DNA of 64,000 bases from an uncultured Clostridia bacterium (GTDB lineage Bacteria > Bacillota > Clostridia > TANB77 > CAG-508), in contig CAKPDY010000006.1 of assembly GCA_934149165.1 (NCBI GenBank), positions 5,095 through 69,094 of the forward strand, in the 5' to 3' direction. The notes beneath the pieces were generated by a model. It had not been told where the DNA came from. It did no database searches and worked only from the letters and a program-made list of their open reading frames with translations. The translations under genes and the position numbers were made by a program. Shown here piece after piece: positions 1 through 8,852 of this stretch. Within the stretch, counting starts at the first letter, position 1. Each line of letters begins with the position of its first letter.

Positions 1-201
1 CAGTAACTTTTTCGCACCATGCCAGTGCTTTACATTTGCGGGAATTATTACAACATCTCCAACCTTTAAGCTTTGTGGCTCTTTTCCTTCCTCTTGGTAC
101 CAGCCTTCTCCATCAACACAAGTTAAAATCTGTGCTCCGTTTTTTTTACTATGATGTATATGCCAATAATAGTTACTATCGGTCAATACTTTTTTAAAAT
201 T
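1..201 (-). pseudogene. Cupin-domain protein fragment (continues past window start; N-terminal part missing)
   Basis: The minus-strand frame reads ..NFKKVLTDSNYYWHIHHSKKNGAQILTCVDGEGWYQEEGKEPQSLKVGDVVIIPANVKHWHGAKK.., the typical cupin_2 core (WHxHH ... HWHGA). The frame opens just after a TAA at about 202-204, with no ATG and without the roughly 35-50 residues that usually precede WHIHH. Confidence 0.4.
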
Positions 202-244
202 TTTATTTTGTAAAGTAATTTGTAAATATTATTAAATCATCTTA

Positions 245-1150
245 TTAATTATTTTCAATAATTCCATCATTTTTCATCTTATTTATTATTTTAGCATAAA
301 CTCTATCTTTTACCCATACCTCAGATGTTACATTTAATACTTCATTAATTGGAACCCACTTTACACCACTATTTTCATCTTCTTTTATATGTATTTCTTC
401 ATTTTCATCAGCTTCTAATATATATGTTACATTAAGATGAATATGTGAACCAACATATTTTCCTTTTTTTTCATGACCATTTACATTAATTAATTCTAGT
501 GAATAAATGTCTTTGGAGATAGGTATAACATTTTTTATTCCTGTTTCTTCTTTTGATTCTTTCATGGCAACATATAGAAGATTACTATCACCATCACTGT
601 GTCCGCCTACCCATGCCCATGAATTATATATTTTATGGTATATCATTAAAACTTTTGTTCTTTCTTTGTTAAGTACAAATGCCGAACTTGTAAAATGACC
701 ATATTCATTTTGCCTAGTTAAAACATCATCAAAATCATTAATATAATTTAACATAATTTTTCTTTCAACTTCTTCTTGTTCATTATATGGGGTAAATTTT
801 TCAATGTTTTCTTTTAAATTATCCACATTGATTTTTATTTTAATTCCTAAAATACCATATTGTTGTTCTTTTTCAGGTGAATAGATTTTATGCATAGATT
901 TTGTTTTTTGTACTATTTCTTCTTCATTAGAATACAATTTTCTAAATAACTCTTCAAATGTATTCTCCCTGTATAAATCAATAACATCAACCAACAGTTT
1001 TTCATTATAATCTGGTAATTTTGTAAATTCTATTTTGTCTCCAATTTTTATTTGTTGTCTTTTCTCATCATATAATCTAAATTCTATTGTTTTTGTACCG
1101 TTTTTTATTCTTTCAAATGGACTTTCATTTAATTTCATTTTATGTAACAT
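245..1150 (-). CDS. ASCH domain - NUDIX hydrolase fusion protein
   Basis: The N-terminus (MKLNESPFERIKNGTKTIEFRLYDEKRQQIKIGDKIEF) looks like an ASCH domain. The C-terminal half has a variant Nudix box, GGHSDGDSNLLYVAMKESKEETGI. Confidence 0.75.
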   Translation of the reverse strand: MLHKMKLNESPFERIKNGTKTIEFRLYDEKRQQIKIGDKIEFTKLPDYNEKLLVDVIDLYRENTFEELFRKLYSNEEEIVQKTKSMHKIYSPEKEQQYGILGIKIKINVDNLKENIEKFTPYNEQEEVERKIMLNYINDFDDVLTRQNEYGHFTSSAFVLNKERTKVLMIYHKIYNSWAWVGGHSDGDSNLLYVAMKESKEETGIKNVIPISKDIYSLELINVNGHEKKGKYVGSHIHLNVTYILEADENEEIHIKEDENSGVKWVPINEVLNVTSEVWVKDRVYAKIINKMKNDGIIENN

Positions 1151-1199
1151 ATGTATTCCTCCTTTATTTCACAATGTTTATTCTTTTTTCAATTTTTGA

Positions 1200-1258
1200 A
1201 ACAAAACATTTCCGTTTTTATCAATGATAAAAGCATATACTGCTCTATGCCAATAACC
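1200..1258. repeat. 59-bp exact copy of an internal segment of the NUDIX gene (6031-6089), lying in intergenic DNA
   Basis: Direct comparison: aacaaaacatttccgtttttatcaatgataaaagcatatactgctctatgccaataacc is identical at both sites in the same orientation. The flanks diverge. Confidence 0.9.
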
Positions 1259-1272
1259 ATTTTATTATCTTG

Positions 1273-1512
1273 TTAAATTTCTTTATAAGTCAACTTTTCA
1301 TATATCTCATCTATATTATTTACCTCTAGCATATTTAAAATTTTATATGCTTTTTCTTTTGAAATTTTAAAAAATATTTTCTCATCTTTTAACATTTCCT
1401 GTATTGTGATATCGCTAACATAATCTTTTTTATTCTTTTTTTTATATTCAATATTTGCTTCATTTATTAATTTTATGCATTTAAATATATTCGTATCTTC
1501 CATCATATTCAA
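1273..1512 (-). CDS. hypothetical small protein (79 aa)
   Basis: ORF only. It is co-oriented with the island and overlaps the stop of the upstream ORF. No motif recognised. Confidence 0.35.
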   Translation of the reverse strand: MNMMEDTNIFKCIKLINEANIEYKKKNKKDYVSDITIQEMLKDEKIFFKISKEKAYKILNMLEVNNIDEIYEKLTYKEI

Positions 1513-2533
1513 TCCCCTCTGATATTATATGTCTTTCTTTATTATGTACATATTTACCTTCATGAATATTATCATTAAACTCTCTATCACTTAATATTTT
1601 TATTCCTGAAGAATTTATGACCATAAATTTCATGTTCCATCTCATATACAAAGTCTCTTTATATGTTTTATTCTCTTTTTCCCAAACTTTTTTAGGTTCA
1701 TATCCTTTCATTTCTAATATTTTATACATATACTTAAATATACCATCATTGCCTATTATTTTTATTTTTTCTAACAATATATCTATCCACTCACGTTTTG
1801 ATTTTTCTATTGTATCAGTTTCAATTTCTTTTTCAAATTCTTTTTTTGATTTTCTTGTTTTATTTATTTTAGTTAGATTTTCTTTAACAATATTTTTTTC
1901 ATCACTTACTATAGTTATGCCTTTTATTTCTAATCCTAATTTTACTCTATTTAAATCCGCGCCTTTCCAATAATCATCTGTGTCAATAATAATCATAAAA
2001 TCATCACATATATATGCTGTAGCATAATGAGTTTCATATTCATCTGACACTAAAAAAATGTCTGATTCTTCTTTAATGAATTGTTTCAATCTAACAGCAA
2101 CATATCTAGATAATTCATAACATATCCTTCTGTTATGTTTTTTTCTGTTTTCTTTCCATACTAAACTAGGATTCCTTCCATATTTTGAATCTATTGTGCA
2201 AATATTTTTTTCTTTATTATAATTTCCTAAAAAATAACAAAAATCATCAAAAATAAAATGCTTACAAACTAAACAGTGTATTTTTAATATTTTTTCTATA
2301 GTAGATAACTGTTCGAAATTTTTATCTTGACATAATTCGTCAAAGATACTGTCATCATCTTCTTTCCAACATACATAGTCTTTTTTTATTTCATTATTGT
2401 CGATTTCTTCTGTTTCCTCTGGATTGACTTTTATTTTATTCCAATTCATCAAACTATTTATTTCTTTTAATTTATTTAAAAATTCCTCTCTTTTCTCTGC
2501 TTTGTTCATCTCTATAACTCTTTTCTTAAACAT
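1481..2533 (-). CDS. hypothetical protein (350 aa, Cys- and Lys-rich, no recognised domain)
   Basis: Long ORF in the island orientation. The start may be the internal MNKAEK (2509). Confidence 0.5.
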   Translation of the reverse strand: MFKKRVIEMNKAEKREEFLNKLKEINSLMNWNKIKVNPEETEEIDNNEIKKDYVCWKEDDDSIFDELCQDKNFEQLSTIEKILKIHCLVCKHFIFDDFCYFLGNYNKEKNICTIDSKYGRNPSLVWKENRKKHNRRICYELSRYVAVRLKQFIKEESDIFLVSDEYETHYATAYICDDFMIIIDTDDYWKGADLNRVKLGLEIKGITIVSDEKNIVKENLTKINKTRKSKKEFEKEIETDTIEKSKREWIDILLEKIKIIGNDGIFKYMYKILEMKGYEPKKVWEKENKTYKETLYMRWNMKFMVINSSGIKILSDREFNDNIHEGKYVHNKERHIISEGIEYDGRYEYI

Positions 2534-2970
2534 ATTTTATTTATATTAAAACCTTCGTTTTCATATAAATCAATAGCATTACTATTATCTTTGCATACTG
2601 ATAATTCTATATATGCAGCTTCCTTTTTCTTAGCCCAATTATAAAATTCATTCATTAGTTTTTTCGCAATTCCATTGCCTCTATATTCTTGTTTTACAAA
2701 TAATGCATCTAATTGAGCTACTATTTTGTTTAAAAGTGTACCATTATCTTGAATATATCCATAAATATAACCTAAAATTGTATCATTTTGTTTTGCTACT
2801 AAAATACACATATCTTTATTTTCTATATATTTTTCATAGAAATTTTTTACTTTATATTTTTCATTTATATTGTTATCATAATTTTTTCTTTCATCTTGTA
2901 TCAAGCATGTAAGCATATTATTTATTTCATTTGTATCGTTAAAATTTGCTTTACTAATTATAAAATTCAT
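2512..2970 (-). CDS. GNAT family N-acetyltransferase
   Basis: Acetyl-CoA binding motif region LFVKQEYRGNGIAKKLMNEF..YIELSV...N..AI.LYE..GF. GGAGG sits 8 nt upstream of the ATG at 2970 (MNFIISK). Confidence 0.8.
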   Translation of the reverse strand: MNFIISKANFNDTNEINNMLTCLIQDERKNYDNNINEKYKVKNFYEKYIENKDMCILVAKQNDTILGYIYGYIQDNGTLLNKIVAQLDALFVKQEYRGNGIAKKLMNEFYNWAKKKEAAYIELSVCKDNSNAIDLYENEGFNINKICLRKEL

Positions 2971-2996
2971 TTTATAGACCTCCGACATATGGATTT

Positions 2997-3578
2997 TTAT
3001 ATTATATTTCTTACTAACTCTTTTATTTTAAGCTTAGAATATTTCCAATAATAATCATTTGATTCTTCTGTTGACATTTCTGCAATTGGTTTATCATATC
3101 CAATTGGTACAACGACTTGATTTAATGGATATGAAAATTCTTTCAAAATAACATTGTCTTTTGACATGTATACATATGGTATTTCAATTATCTCTTGAAA
3201 AATTTCATTATTTTTTCCTATTACACAATATGCTCGAGGAAATATAATTTTTTCACCTTCAGATAAATAATTTTCATATAATATCTTATTCAGATATTCT
3301 TTTACGTTTTCTATCATCTTTCCTTTCAAAATAATTCCATCATCAATTCCTATAAAATAATCATAATTCTCATTACTAAAGTAGTTTTTAACCGTTTCTG
3401 CTTTTACTCTAGCTCTGTTCGCTATATTTCCAACTTCTTTATTATCTGGTCCATTGTAATTGATATCATTTAAAGACAATATTTGAAAATTTTCGTTAGT
3501 AATACCAGCTTTTCTTAATAAACAACTGATAATCTTAAATTTGTCCCTATTTGTTGTTGCTATAAGTATTTTTTTCAT
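2997..3578 (-). CDS. Ham1/ITPase-superfamily-like NTP pyrophosphatase (divergent)
   Basis: N-terminal ILIATTNRDKFKII resembles the ATGNxxKxxE motif. It also has E.G.IANRARVKAE and IGIDDGIIL (DDxGL-like). The assignment is motif-level only. Confidence 0.5.
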   Translation of the reverse strand: MKKILIATTNRDKFKIISCLLRKAGITNENFQILSLNDINYNGPDNKEVGNIANRARVKAETVKNYFSNENYDYFIGIDDGIILKGKMIENVKEYLNKILYENYLSEGEKIIFPRAYCVIGKNNEIFQEIIEIPYVYMSKDNVILKEFSYPLNQVVVPIGYDKPIAEMSTEESNDYYWKYSKLKIKELVRNII

Positions 3579-3672
3579 TTTTTACTCCATTCATAAATTT
3601 TGTTCTATTATGTTTTTATATTATATATATCATGTTTTCCCATACTTTTCAATCTATAAAGCAAGGATTCCA
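3579..3672 (-). promoter_or_regulatory. Promoter + 5' leader, copy A of a duplicated ~95-bp unit (TTGAAA-17-TGaTATATA, RBS GGAG)
   Basis: On the minus strand: -35 ttgaaa (3647-3652), 17-nt spacer, extended -10 tga-tatata (3624-3629), GGAG 6 nt before the ATG. About 88% identical to 7445-7538. Confidence 0.6.
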
Positions 3673-3717
3673 GGATAAATAATTAATCATATGTTTCTGA
3701 TTTATTTGTATCATTTT

Positions 3718-4410
3718 TTACAAATTATGCAGATAATCTTTTATTTCATTGTCTACAACATACTCCAATATTGTGTTTCCTTTATAATTCTTCGTATTAT
3801 ATTTTAGACCATTCTTTATTAATAATTTAATCATATTTAGGCTATTGCAAAAAAAGCCTAAATTACATCCATTACTATTTAAAGCATTGATGTTAGCACT
3901 ATCATCAATCATTCTACTAACTAATTCTATATTATCATTTCTAACCGCTCTGAATAGTGGTGTTTCTCCCCTACTATCTGTTTCTTCTAAATTAGCTCCA
4001 TTTTTCTTTTCTATTTCATATTCTTCTATATTCTTAACATATAAAAAAGATGGTCCTACATATTCCTTTATTTTTTTTATTAATTTTGCTTCATTGTTTG
4101 ATTCCAACAAAATATACAATCTTTTACAAATACTTTCTATATTATATGGTTGACATTCTTCCATATCAAAAATAGATTTCTTACACCATCTAATTTCCAT
4201 TTTATTATATATATAATGTTTTGAATCTTTAATAGTTAGCTTATGTGTATTTTCTAAAGTTTTTATTCTATCACTTGATATACAAATTTTTATAACATCC
4301 GTATCTGGTATAATTCCTCTTATAACAAGTGCAGCATTTCCTTCAATATAAAATTCATCTTTTGATATTTTTAATTGTTTAAGTTCCTTTAATATTTCGT
4401 CTAAATTCAT
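3718..4410 (-). CDS. Ankyrin-repeat protein with an uncharacterised N-terminal domain
   Basis: C-terminal ANK consensus: GETPLFRAVRNDNIELVSRMIDDSANINALNSNGCN..., followed by a further repeat (KNGLKYNTKNYKGNTILEYVV). Confidence 0.7.
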   Translation of the reverse strand: MNLDEILKELKQLKISKDEFYIEGNAALVIRGIIPDTDVIKICISSDRIKTLENTHKLTIKDSKHYIYNKMEIRWCKKSIFDMEECQPYNIESICKRLYILLESNNEAKLIKKIKEYVGPSFLYVKNIEEYEIEKKNGANLEETDSRGETPLFRAVRNDNIELVSRMIDDSANINALNSNGCNLGFFCNSLNMIKLLIKNGLKYNTKNYKGNTILEYVVDNEIKDYLHNL

Positions 4411-4445
4411 TTAAATTCTCCTATATTTTATTACATTATTGCTCG

Positions 4446-4883
4446 TTATAGCACCTCATTGATAATTGCCTCGACCTTTTCGCAATTCCAAAGCTTTTCT
4501 TTTTTCATTGCCTTTTCTAATACTTGTCTCAGCACAGCCCTATCTCCATACCAATCAATCATTTTAATAAATTCATCTACTGTACACCATCTATATTCTA
4601 TACTTTCTTCGTTTAACCTAACCTGTGTGTCATTTACAAATGAAATATATGCATATTCTACGCAATCACTTCCTAAGGATTTATATTTAAAAATCCAATT
4701 CAAGTAAAAAGTTTCAATTACATCTAAATCTGTTTCTTCCTTTACTTCCCTAATAACTGTACTCTCGATACTATCGTCAAATTTCTCACACCCTCCAGTA
4801 ACAACGTACCACAACGACTTTTTAAATTGAGGATCATTAGGACTTCCTTTTAAAATTAATAATTCATTCTTAGTGTTAACCAC
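4446..4883 (-). CDS. NUDIX hydrolase
   Basis: Nudix box GGCEKFDDSIESTVIREVKEETDL. Confidence 0.8.
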   Translation of the reverse strand: MVNTKNELLILKGSPNDPQFKKSLWYVVTGGCEKFDDSIESTVIREVKEETDLDVIETFYLNWIFKYKSLGSDCVEYAYISFVNDTQVRLNEESIEYRWCTVDEFIKMIDWYGDRAVLRQVLEKAMKKEKLWNCEKVEAIINEVL

Positions 4884-4981
4884 AAAACTTAATATTTTAT
4901 TTATATCACCATCTCCTCGTATTTTATCACTGTATATTCACATTTTGAATTATATCAGTAAGATATTCACCTCATTATTTA

Positions 4982-5584
4982 TTATATTTTACTTTTATAA
5001 TAACTATCCGCCAAATAAATAGCTCCTAAAGGGTTGTGTGCAAGAGCTCTATCCTTAACAGCCAGTACTGTAACCGGAGCTTTTGAATATTTAAAGAATA
5101 ATGTATCATGTCCTACACATAAACCTAATACTATATTAAATTCTGTCTTTTCTTTATTTAAAAATTCAGCCTGTGCAATTGGGTTACACATTGGAACATC
5201 ACAATCGTTTATTCCTATATTTTTTCTATTTACATTGCCTACTTTACATATAATTGATTCTACTTCAAATCCGTGTTTTCTTAATATTTGTGCAAATATA
5301 CTCGCTTCTTTTGAAAGTCCTACACAAAAAGCTAAACCTATTTTTTTATATTTCATTTTATTACAAAAATCAATAATTTCTTTTACTCTTGGCTTAGTTC
5401 CATAATTGTCCATTACAACTTCAGCAGATGCTTTAGCAATATTATAGTTTTCTTTATCATTATAAATTTTTGATATTTCCTCTAATTCTTTTTTCTCATT
5501 TTTTGTTGGGCAATTTTGTGGAGCTTTTTCCATTTCATTTTTATGACATGAGTGTTTTTGGCAATATGCACATGTGTATTTCAT
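4982..5584 (-). CDS. DUF1847-like Cys-rich metal-binding protein
   Basis: N-terminal CxxC..C...CP cluster (YTCAYCQKHSCHKNEMEKAPQNCPT) and the conserved C-terminal GLCVGHD..VLAVKD block that I associate with DUF1847. Confidence 0.55.
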   Translation of the reverse strand: MKYTCAYCQKHSCHKNEMEKAPQNCPTKNEKKELEEISKIYNDKENYNIAKASAEVVMDNYGTKPRVKEIIDFCNKMKYKKIGLAFCVGLSKEASIFAQILRKHGFEVESIICKVGNVNRKNIGINDCDVPMCNPIAQAEFLNKEKTEFNIVLGLCVGHDTLFFKYSKAPVTVLAVKDRALAHNPLGAIYLADSYYKSKI

Positions 5585-5630
5585 TTTTCATATACCTCCA
5601 TATATAGATTTTTATTTTGCATTTTCTGAT

Positions 5631-6167
5631 TTATACAGCATATTCTTCTAAAATTTTTTTTAAAAAGTTCCATGGACCTGTTTTATCAGTTAAACCTTCA
5701 TAATTATTATCAATCCTTTTTATTAATTCTTCTTTAGAAAAGTATTTAACTTCTGCTACCTCTTCTTTTTGAAGTACTATATTTGAAATATCAATATTTT
5801 TAGTAATTAAATAACACTCATTATAATGCTTATTTATTATATCTCCTTGTTTGTTTATTGATGTTGAGCCAACTAAATATTTAATATCACTATCTGATAT
5901 TTGAATTCCTAATTCTTCTTTAACTTCTCTTATTAAAGCTTGTCTTCCAAATTCGCCTCTATCAACATGACCTCCTACTGTTACATCCCACATATTAGGC
6001 CATAATTTTTTGCTTGCACTTCTTTTTTGTAACAAAACATTTCCGTTTTTATCAATGATAAAAGCATATACTGCTCTATGCCAATAACCCTTTTTATGAC
6101 ATTCTTCTCTAGTTGCTATTTTTCCTGTAAATTCGCCATATTCATTAAGTACATCGAAAATTTCCAT
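5631..6167 (-). CDS. NUDIX hydrolase (IDI/Nudix subfamily-like)
   Basis: Canonical Nudix box GGHVDRGEFGRQALIREVKEELGI. AAGGAGG lies upstream of the ATG at 6167 (MEIFDV); the ORF-track start at 6194 is less likely. Confidence 0.85.
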   Translation of the reverse strand: MEIFDVLNEYGEFTGKIATREECHKKGYWHRAVYAFIIDKNGNVLLQKRSASKKLWPNMWDVTVGGHVDRGEFGRQALIREVKEELGIQISDSDIKYLVGSTSINKQGDIINKHYNECYLITKNIDISNIVLQKEEVAEVKYFSKEELIKRIDNNYEGLTDKTGPWNFLKKILEEYAV

Positions 6168-6274
6168 ATTCTTTACCTCCTTACGATTTACCATTTTATT
6201 ATATATTTTTTTCTGTTTTATCTCTCCATATTTATTAATTCCTAATTGTATTAAAAATAAATTATAACTTATTA

Positions 6275-6880
6275 CTATACATTTATAGTTTTTTCAATGA
6301 AATCAATAAATTCACTATCATCCGCCTGTCCAATTTTTTTATCTTCTTCTGTTAAATATATATCATATTTATTTACCTTTTTATTAATTAATATCGAACT
6401 CAACGGATAACCTTCTTTTATTTCTTTAGCAGGCTTATCAACCAAATAATATTCATCTGTAATGCCCGTATATGTTGAAATATTGCCATTTTTTATAATT
6501 GCCATTCCCAGTATCCATTTTGTATTCAATTTTCCATTTTTACCATATATTTTTGCAAGATTTGTATAATACTCAATCATTTCTTCGTCATTTAATCTTT
6601 TCCCATTCACCCTTCTTACAAACACTCCTGGTTGTTTATTTTCTGGTATATCGTCTATGTACATCGTATCATCCATTGCCACTGTTGTCATTTTAGTTGC
6701 CTCATAATATACTTTTGCCTTTATAATTGCATTTTCTATAGCAGTTTTTCCATTTTCTTCTACATCAATATTAATATTTACATCTTTTAATGATTTTAGT
6801 AATATTCCTTTTTTTAATAATTTTTCAGAAAATCTGGCAAATTTTGAGGCATTTCCTGTTGCAAATAATAATTCTTTCAT
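6275..6880 (-). CDS. Non-canonical purine NTP pyrophosphatase, RdgB/Ham1 family
   Basis: LLFATGNASKFARF (ATGNxxK motif), EENGKTAIENAIIKAK, VAMDDTMYI. Confidence 0.75.
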   Translation of the reverse strand: MKELLFATGNASKFARFSEKLLKKGILLKSLKDVNINIDVEENGKTAIENAIIKAKVYYEATKMTTVAMDDTMYIDDIPENKQPGVFVRRVNGKRLNDEEMIEYYTNLAKIYGKNGKLNTKWILGMAIIKNGNISTYTGITDEYYLVDKPAKEIKEGYPLSSILINKKVNKYDIYLTEEDKKIGQADDSEFIDFIEKTINV

Positions 6881-6904
6881 TTTTTTCCTCCCAAAATGTC
6901 TATT

Positions 6905-7444
6905 TTACACTATTTTTCTATATTTACTAGAAATTGCGCACATTATTGAATCTATAAATTCATCAGTTCTTGAATATGCTCCGTATGTAAGAACACCATT
7001 AGTACCAATTTTACTAATTTCTTCGTCAGTACTTCCTATATACTCTGCAACTATATCAGATAAACGTTGTGATTTACTAGTTTTTTCTATAATTTCATTA
7101 GGGACTTTAACTTTTGCACTACATCCATAATAGTATTCATCTTCAGATTTGTTGTATATTACCGTCCAACCACAAAGAAATATCCCATGTGTTGTTTCAG
7201 ATAAAATTCCTTCCATGGCAACATATAAATCTCCATTTTCTTCTTGAGCAATAGCATCTTTAATTCGATTGAAGCATCCTGCAATTCCTTCTTCATCACC
7301 AATTGGAGTTTCTGATACCTTAGAATTTGTTTCAAGGGATTTTATTTCAAAATTTTCAAAATATTGTTTCATTACAGTTATTACCGCATCATTTTTAGCT
7401 TTATTTTTTGAACAAACAATTATTAGATTATTTTTATTATGCAT
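6905..7444 (-). CDS. Inosine/xanthosine triphosphatase-like NTPase (YjjX/DUF84 family)
   Basis: Alignable by eye to E. coli YjjX along its length: VCSKNKAK..., VSETPIGDEEGIAGCFNRIKDA, VAMEGI..., GTNGVLTYGAYSRTD. Confidence 0.7.
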   Translation of the reverse strand: MHNKNNLIIVCSKNKAKNDAVITVMKQYFENFEIKSLETNSKVSETPIGDEEGIAGCFNRIKDAIAQEENGDLYVAMEGILSETTHGIFLCGWTVIYNKSEDEYYYGCSAKVKVPNEIIEKTSKSQRLSDIVAEYIGSTDEEISKIGTNGVLTYGAYSRTDEFIDSIMCAISSKYRKIV

Positions 7445-7538
7445 TTTTTACTCCATTCATAAATTTTATTATATTATATTTTTATATTATATATATCATG
7501 TTTCCCCATATTTTTCAATCTATAAAACAAGAATTTTA
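7445..7538 (-). promoter_or_regulatory. Promoter + 5' leader, copy B of the duplicated ~95-bp unit
   Basis: -35 ttgaaa (7513-7518), 17-nt spacer, TG-extended -10 tatata (7490-7495). The near-identical leader runs to the ATG of the YjjX-like gene. Confidence 0.6.
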
Positions 7539-7582
7539 AAAGCAAAAAAGAATGCTACTAATATATTAAAAAGTAACATTCT
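7538..7582 (-). terminator. Rho-independent terminator
   Basis: Stem agaatgttact/agtagcattct followed by tttttgctttt on the minus strand. It lies just downstream of the out-of-frame C-terminal segment that ends at 7616. Confidence 0.6.
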
Positions 7583-7615
7583 CATAATTTTTATAAAATT
7601 CAATTTTTATATTTC

Positions 7616-8670
7616 TTAATTTATAGCTATTCCATTAACATATAATTTATATCCATTAAAGTTTATATTATTATAACTTGAATCACTATCTTCTAATGAA
7701 GTAATATAAGAATCTCCTGTTAATGTTATACTAGAATTACACTTTCATCACTTTCTGATGCAGTATAACTTGATGTTAATGTTTCATCAGTTCCATCTAT
7801 TTCGTTAGCACCTACTTTAGTAACTGAATTAGATGATGAATTCATATTTTCTCCTTGAAACATCTGCTGATTATTTTGGCTATTTGAGTTTTCAGTTGTA
7901 AAGAACTTTTTTGCTATACAAATTTGTGCTAGTGTTAATGCTGTTGTAATAATAATTATTATTAATCCAAATATAATTACCTTGCTTGTTCCATTTAAAG
8001 TTTCTTGTATTGTAAATTTATTAAATTTAGACATTACTAAATAAGTTATTAATATTGAAATAATAATTCCTTCCATTACAAACATTATATAATGAATTGT
8101 TCTTATACCACTATTACTATTTTCTACATTCATGTTTGGCATTTGATTATTACTATTTTCATTTGACTGTTTTTCATTTGTATTTTGCATATCTGGTGGT
8201 GTACCATTTGATGAATTACTATTTTCTCCATTTGGTTTTGCAGACGGTTCACTCATCTGATTTACACTATTTGTATTGCTTGAAGAATTACCATTCTCTT
8301 CACCTGGTTTCTCAGGCGGTTCACTCATCTGATTTACACTATTTGTATTGCTTGAAGAATTACCATTCTCTTCACCTGGTTTTGTAAGCGGTTCACTCAC
8401 CTGATTTACACTATTTGTATCACTTGGAGAATTACCATTCTCTTCACCTGGTTTTGCAGGCGGAGTTCCGCTATTATTAGAATTTTCTGATGGCATTTGT
8501 GGAGGAGTCCCTTTATTTTCTCCATTTGCACCCTGACCACCTTGTATAGTTTGATTTTCCTTATTTGAGCTACTATTAGTCTCCTTAACATCTTTCATTG
8601 TAAAATAACTACATACTCCTAATGCTATTATAATTAAAATCATAAAAATATTTTTTAAACTTCTTTTCAT
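7616..8670 (-). pseudogene. Repeat-rich membrane/surface protein, probably a decayed beta-helix 'carbohydrate-binding' type protein (frameshift near 7726-7745)
   Basis: The 314-aa ORF (7726-8670) has an N-terminal TM helix, 3 x 24-aa repeats, an Asn/Ser-rich region and a second TM region. A different frame continues NSSITLTGDSYITSLEDSDSSYNNINFNGYKLYVNGIAIN* to 7616. That resembles the conserved C-terminus of clostridial secreted beta-helix proteins. The terminator follows this segment, not the annotated stop. Confidence 0.5.
8239..8454 (-). repeat. In-frame tandem repeat, 3 x 72 bp (KPGEENGNSSSNTNSVNQMSEPxx)
   Basis: Seen in both the DNA and the translated ORF (aa 73-144). Confidence 0.9.
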
Positions 8671-8852
8671 AAATTATCCCTCCTTGTTTTGTTATTAACA
8701 ATTTAACTCCAAAACATTAAAAGAACATTAAATGAAAAAATTTTTAATTTAATAAAAGATTTGCATATATTCATTTTTACTACTAATACACAAATCTTTA
8801 TAAAATATTTAATTTTTTTAATTTATTTTTATTATAATATATACCTTTTTTA

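Noticed and set aside
8239-8454. Regularly spaced ~72-bp direct repeats that could superficially suggest a CRISPR-like array.
   Set aside because: The repeats are contiguous with no unique spacers, lie in frame inside a long ORF and translate to a peptide repeat. There are no cas genes in the window.
8406-8591. 61-aa same-strand ORF nested in the repeat protein gene, and 8097-8387 on the opposite strand.
   Set aside because: These are alternative-frame artefacts of the repetitive region, with no independent start signals.
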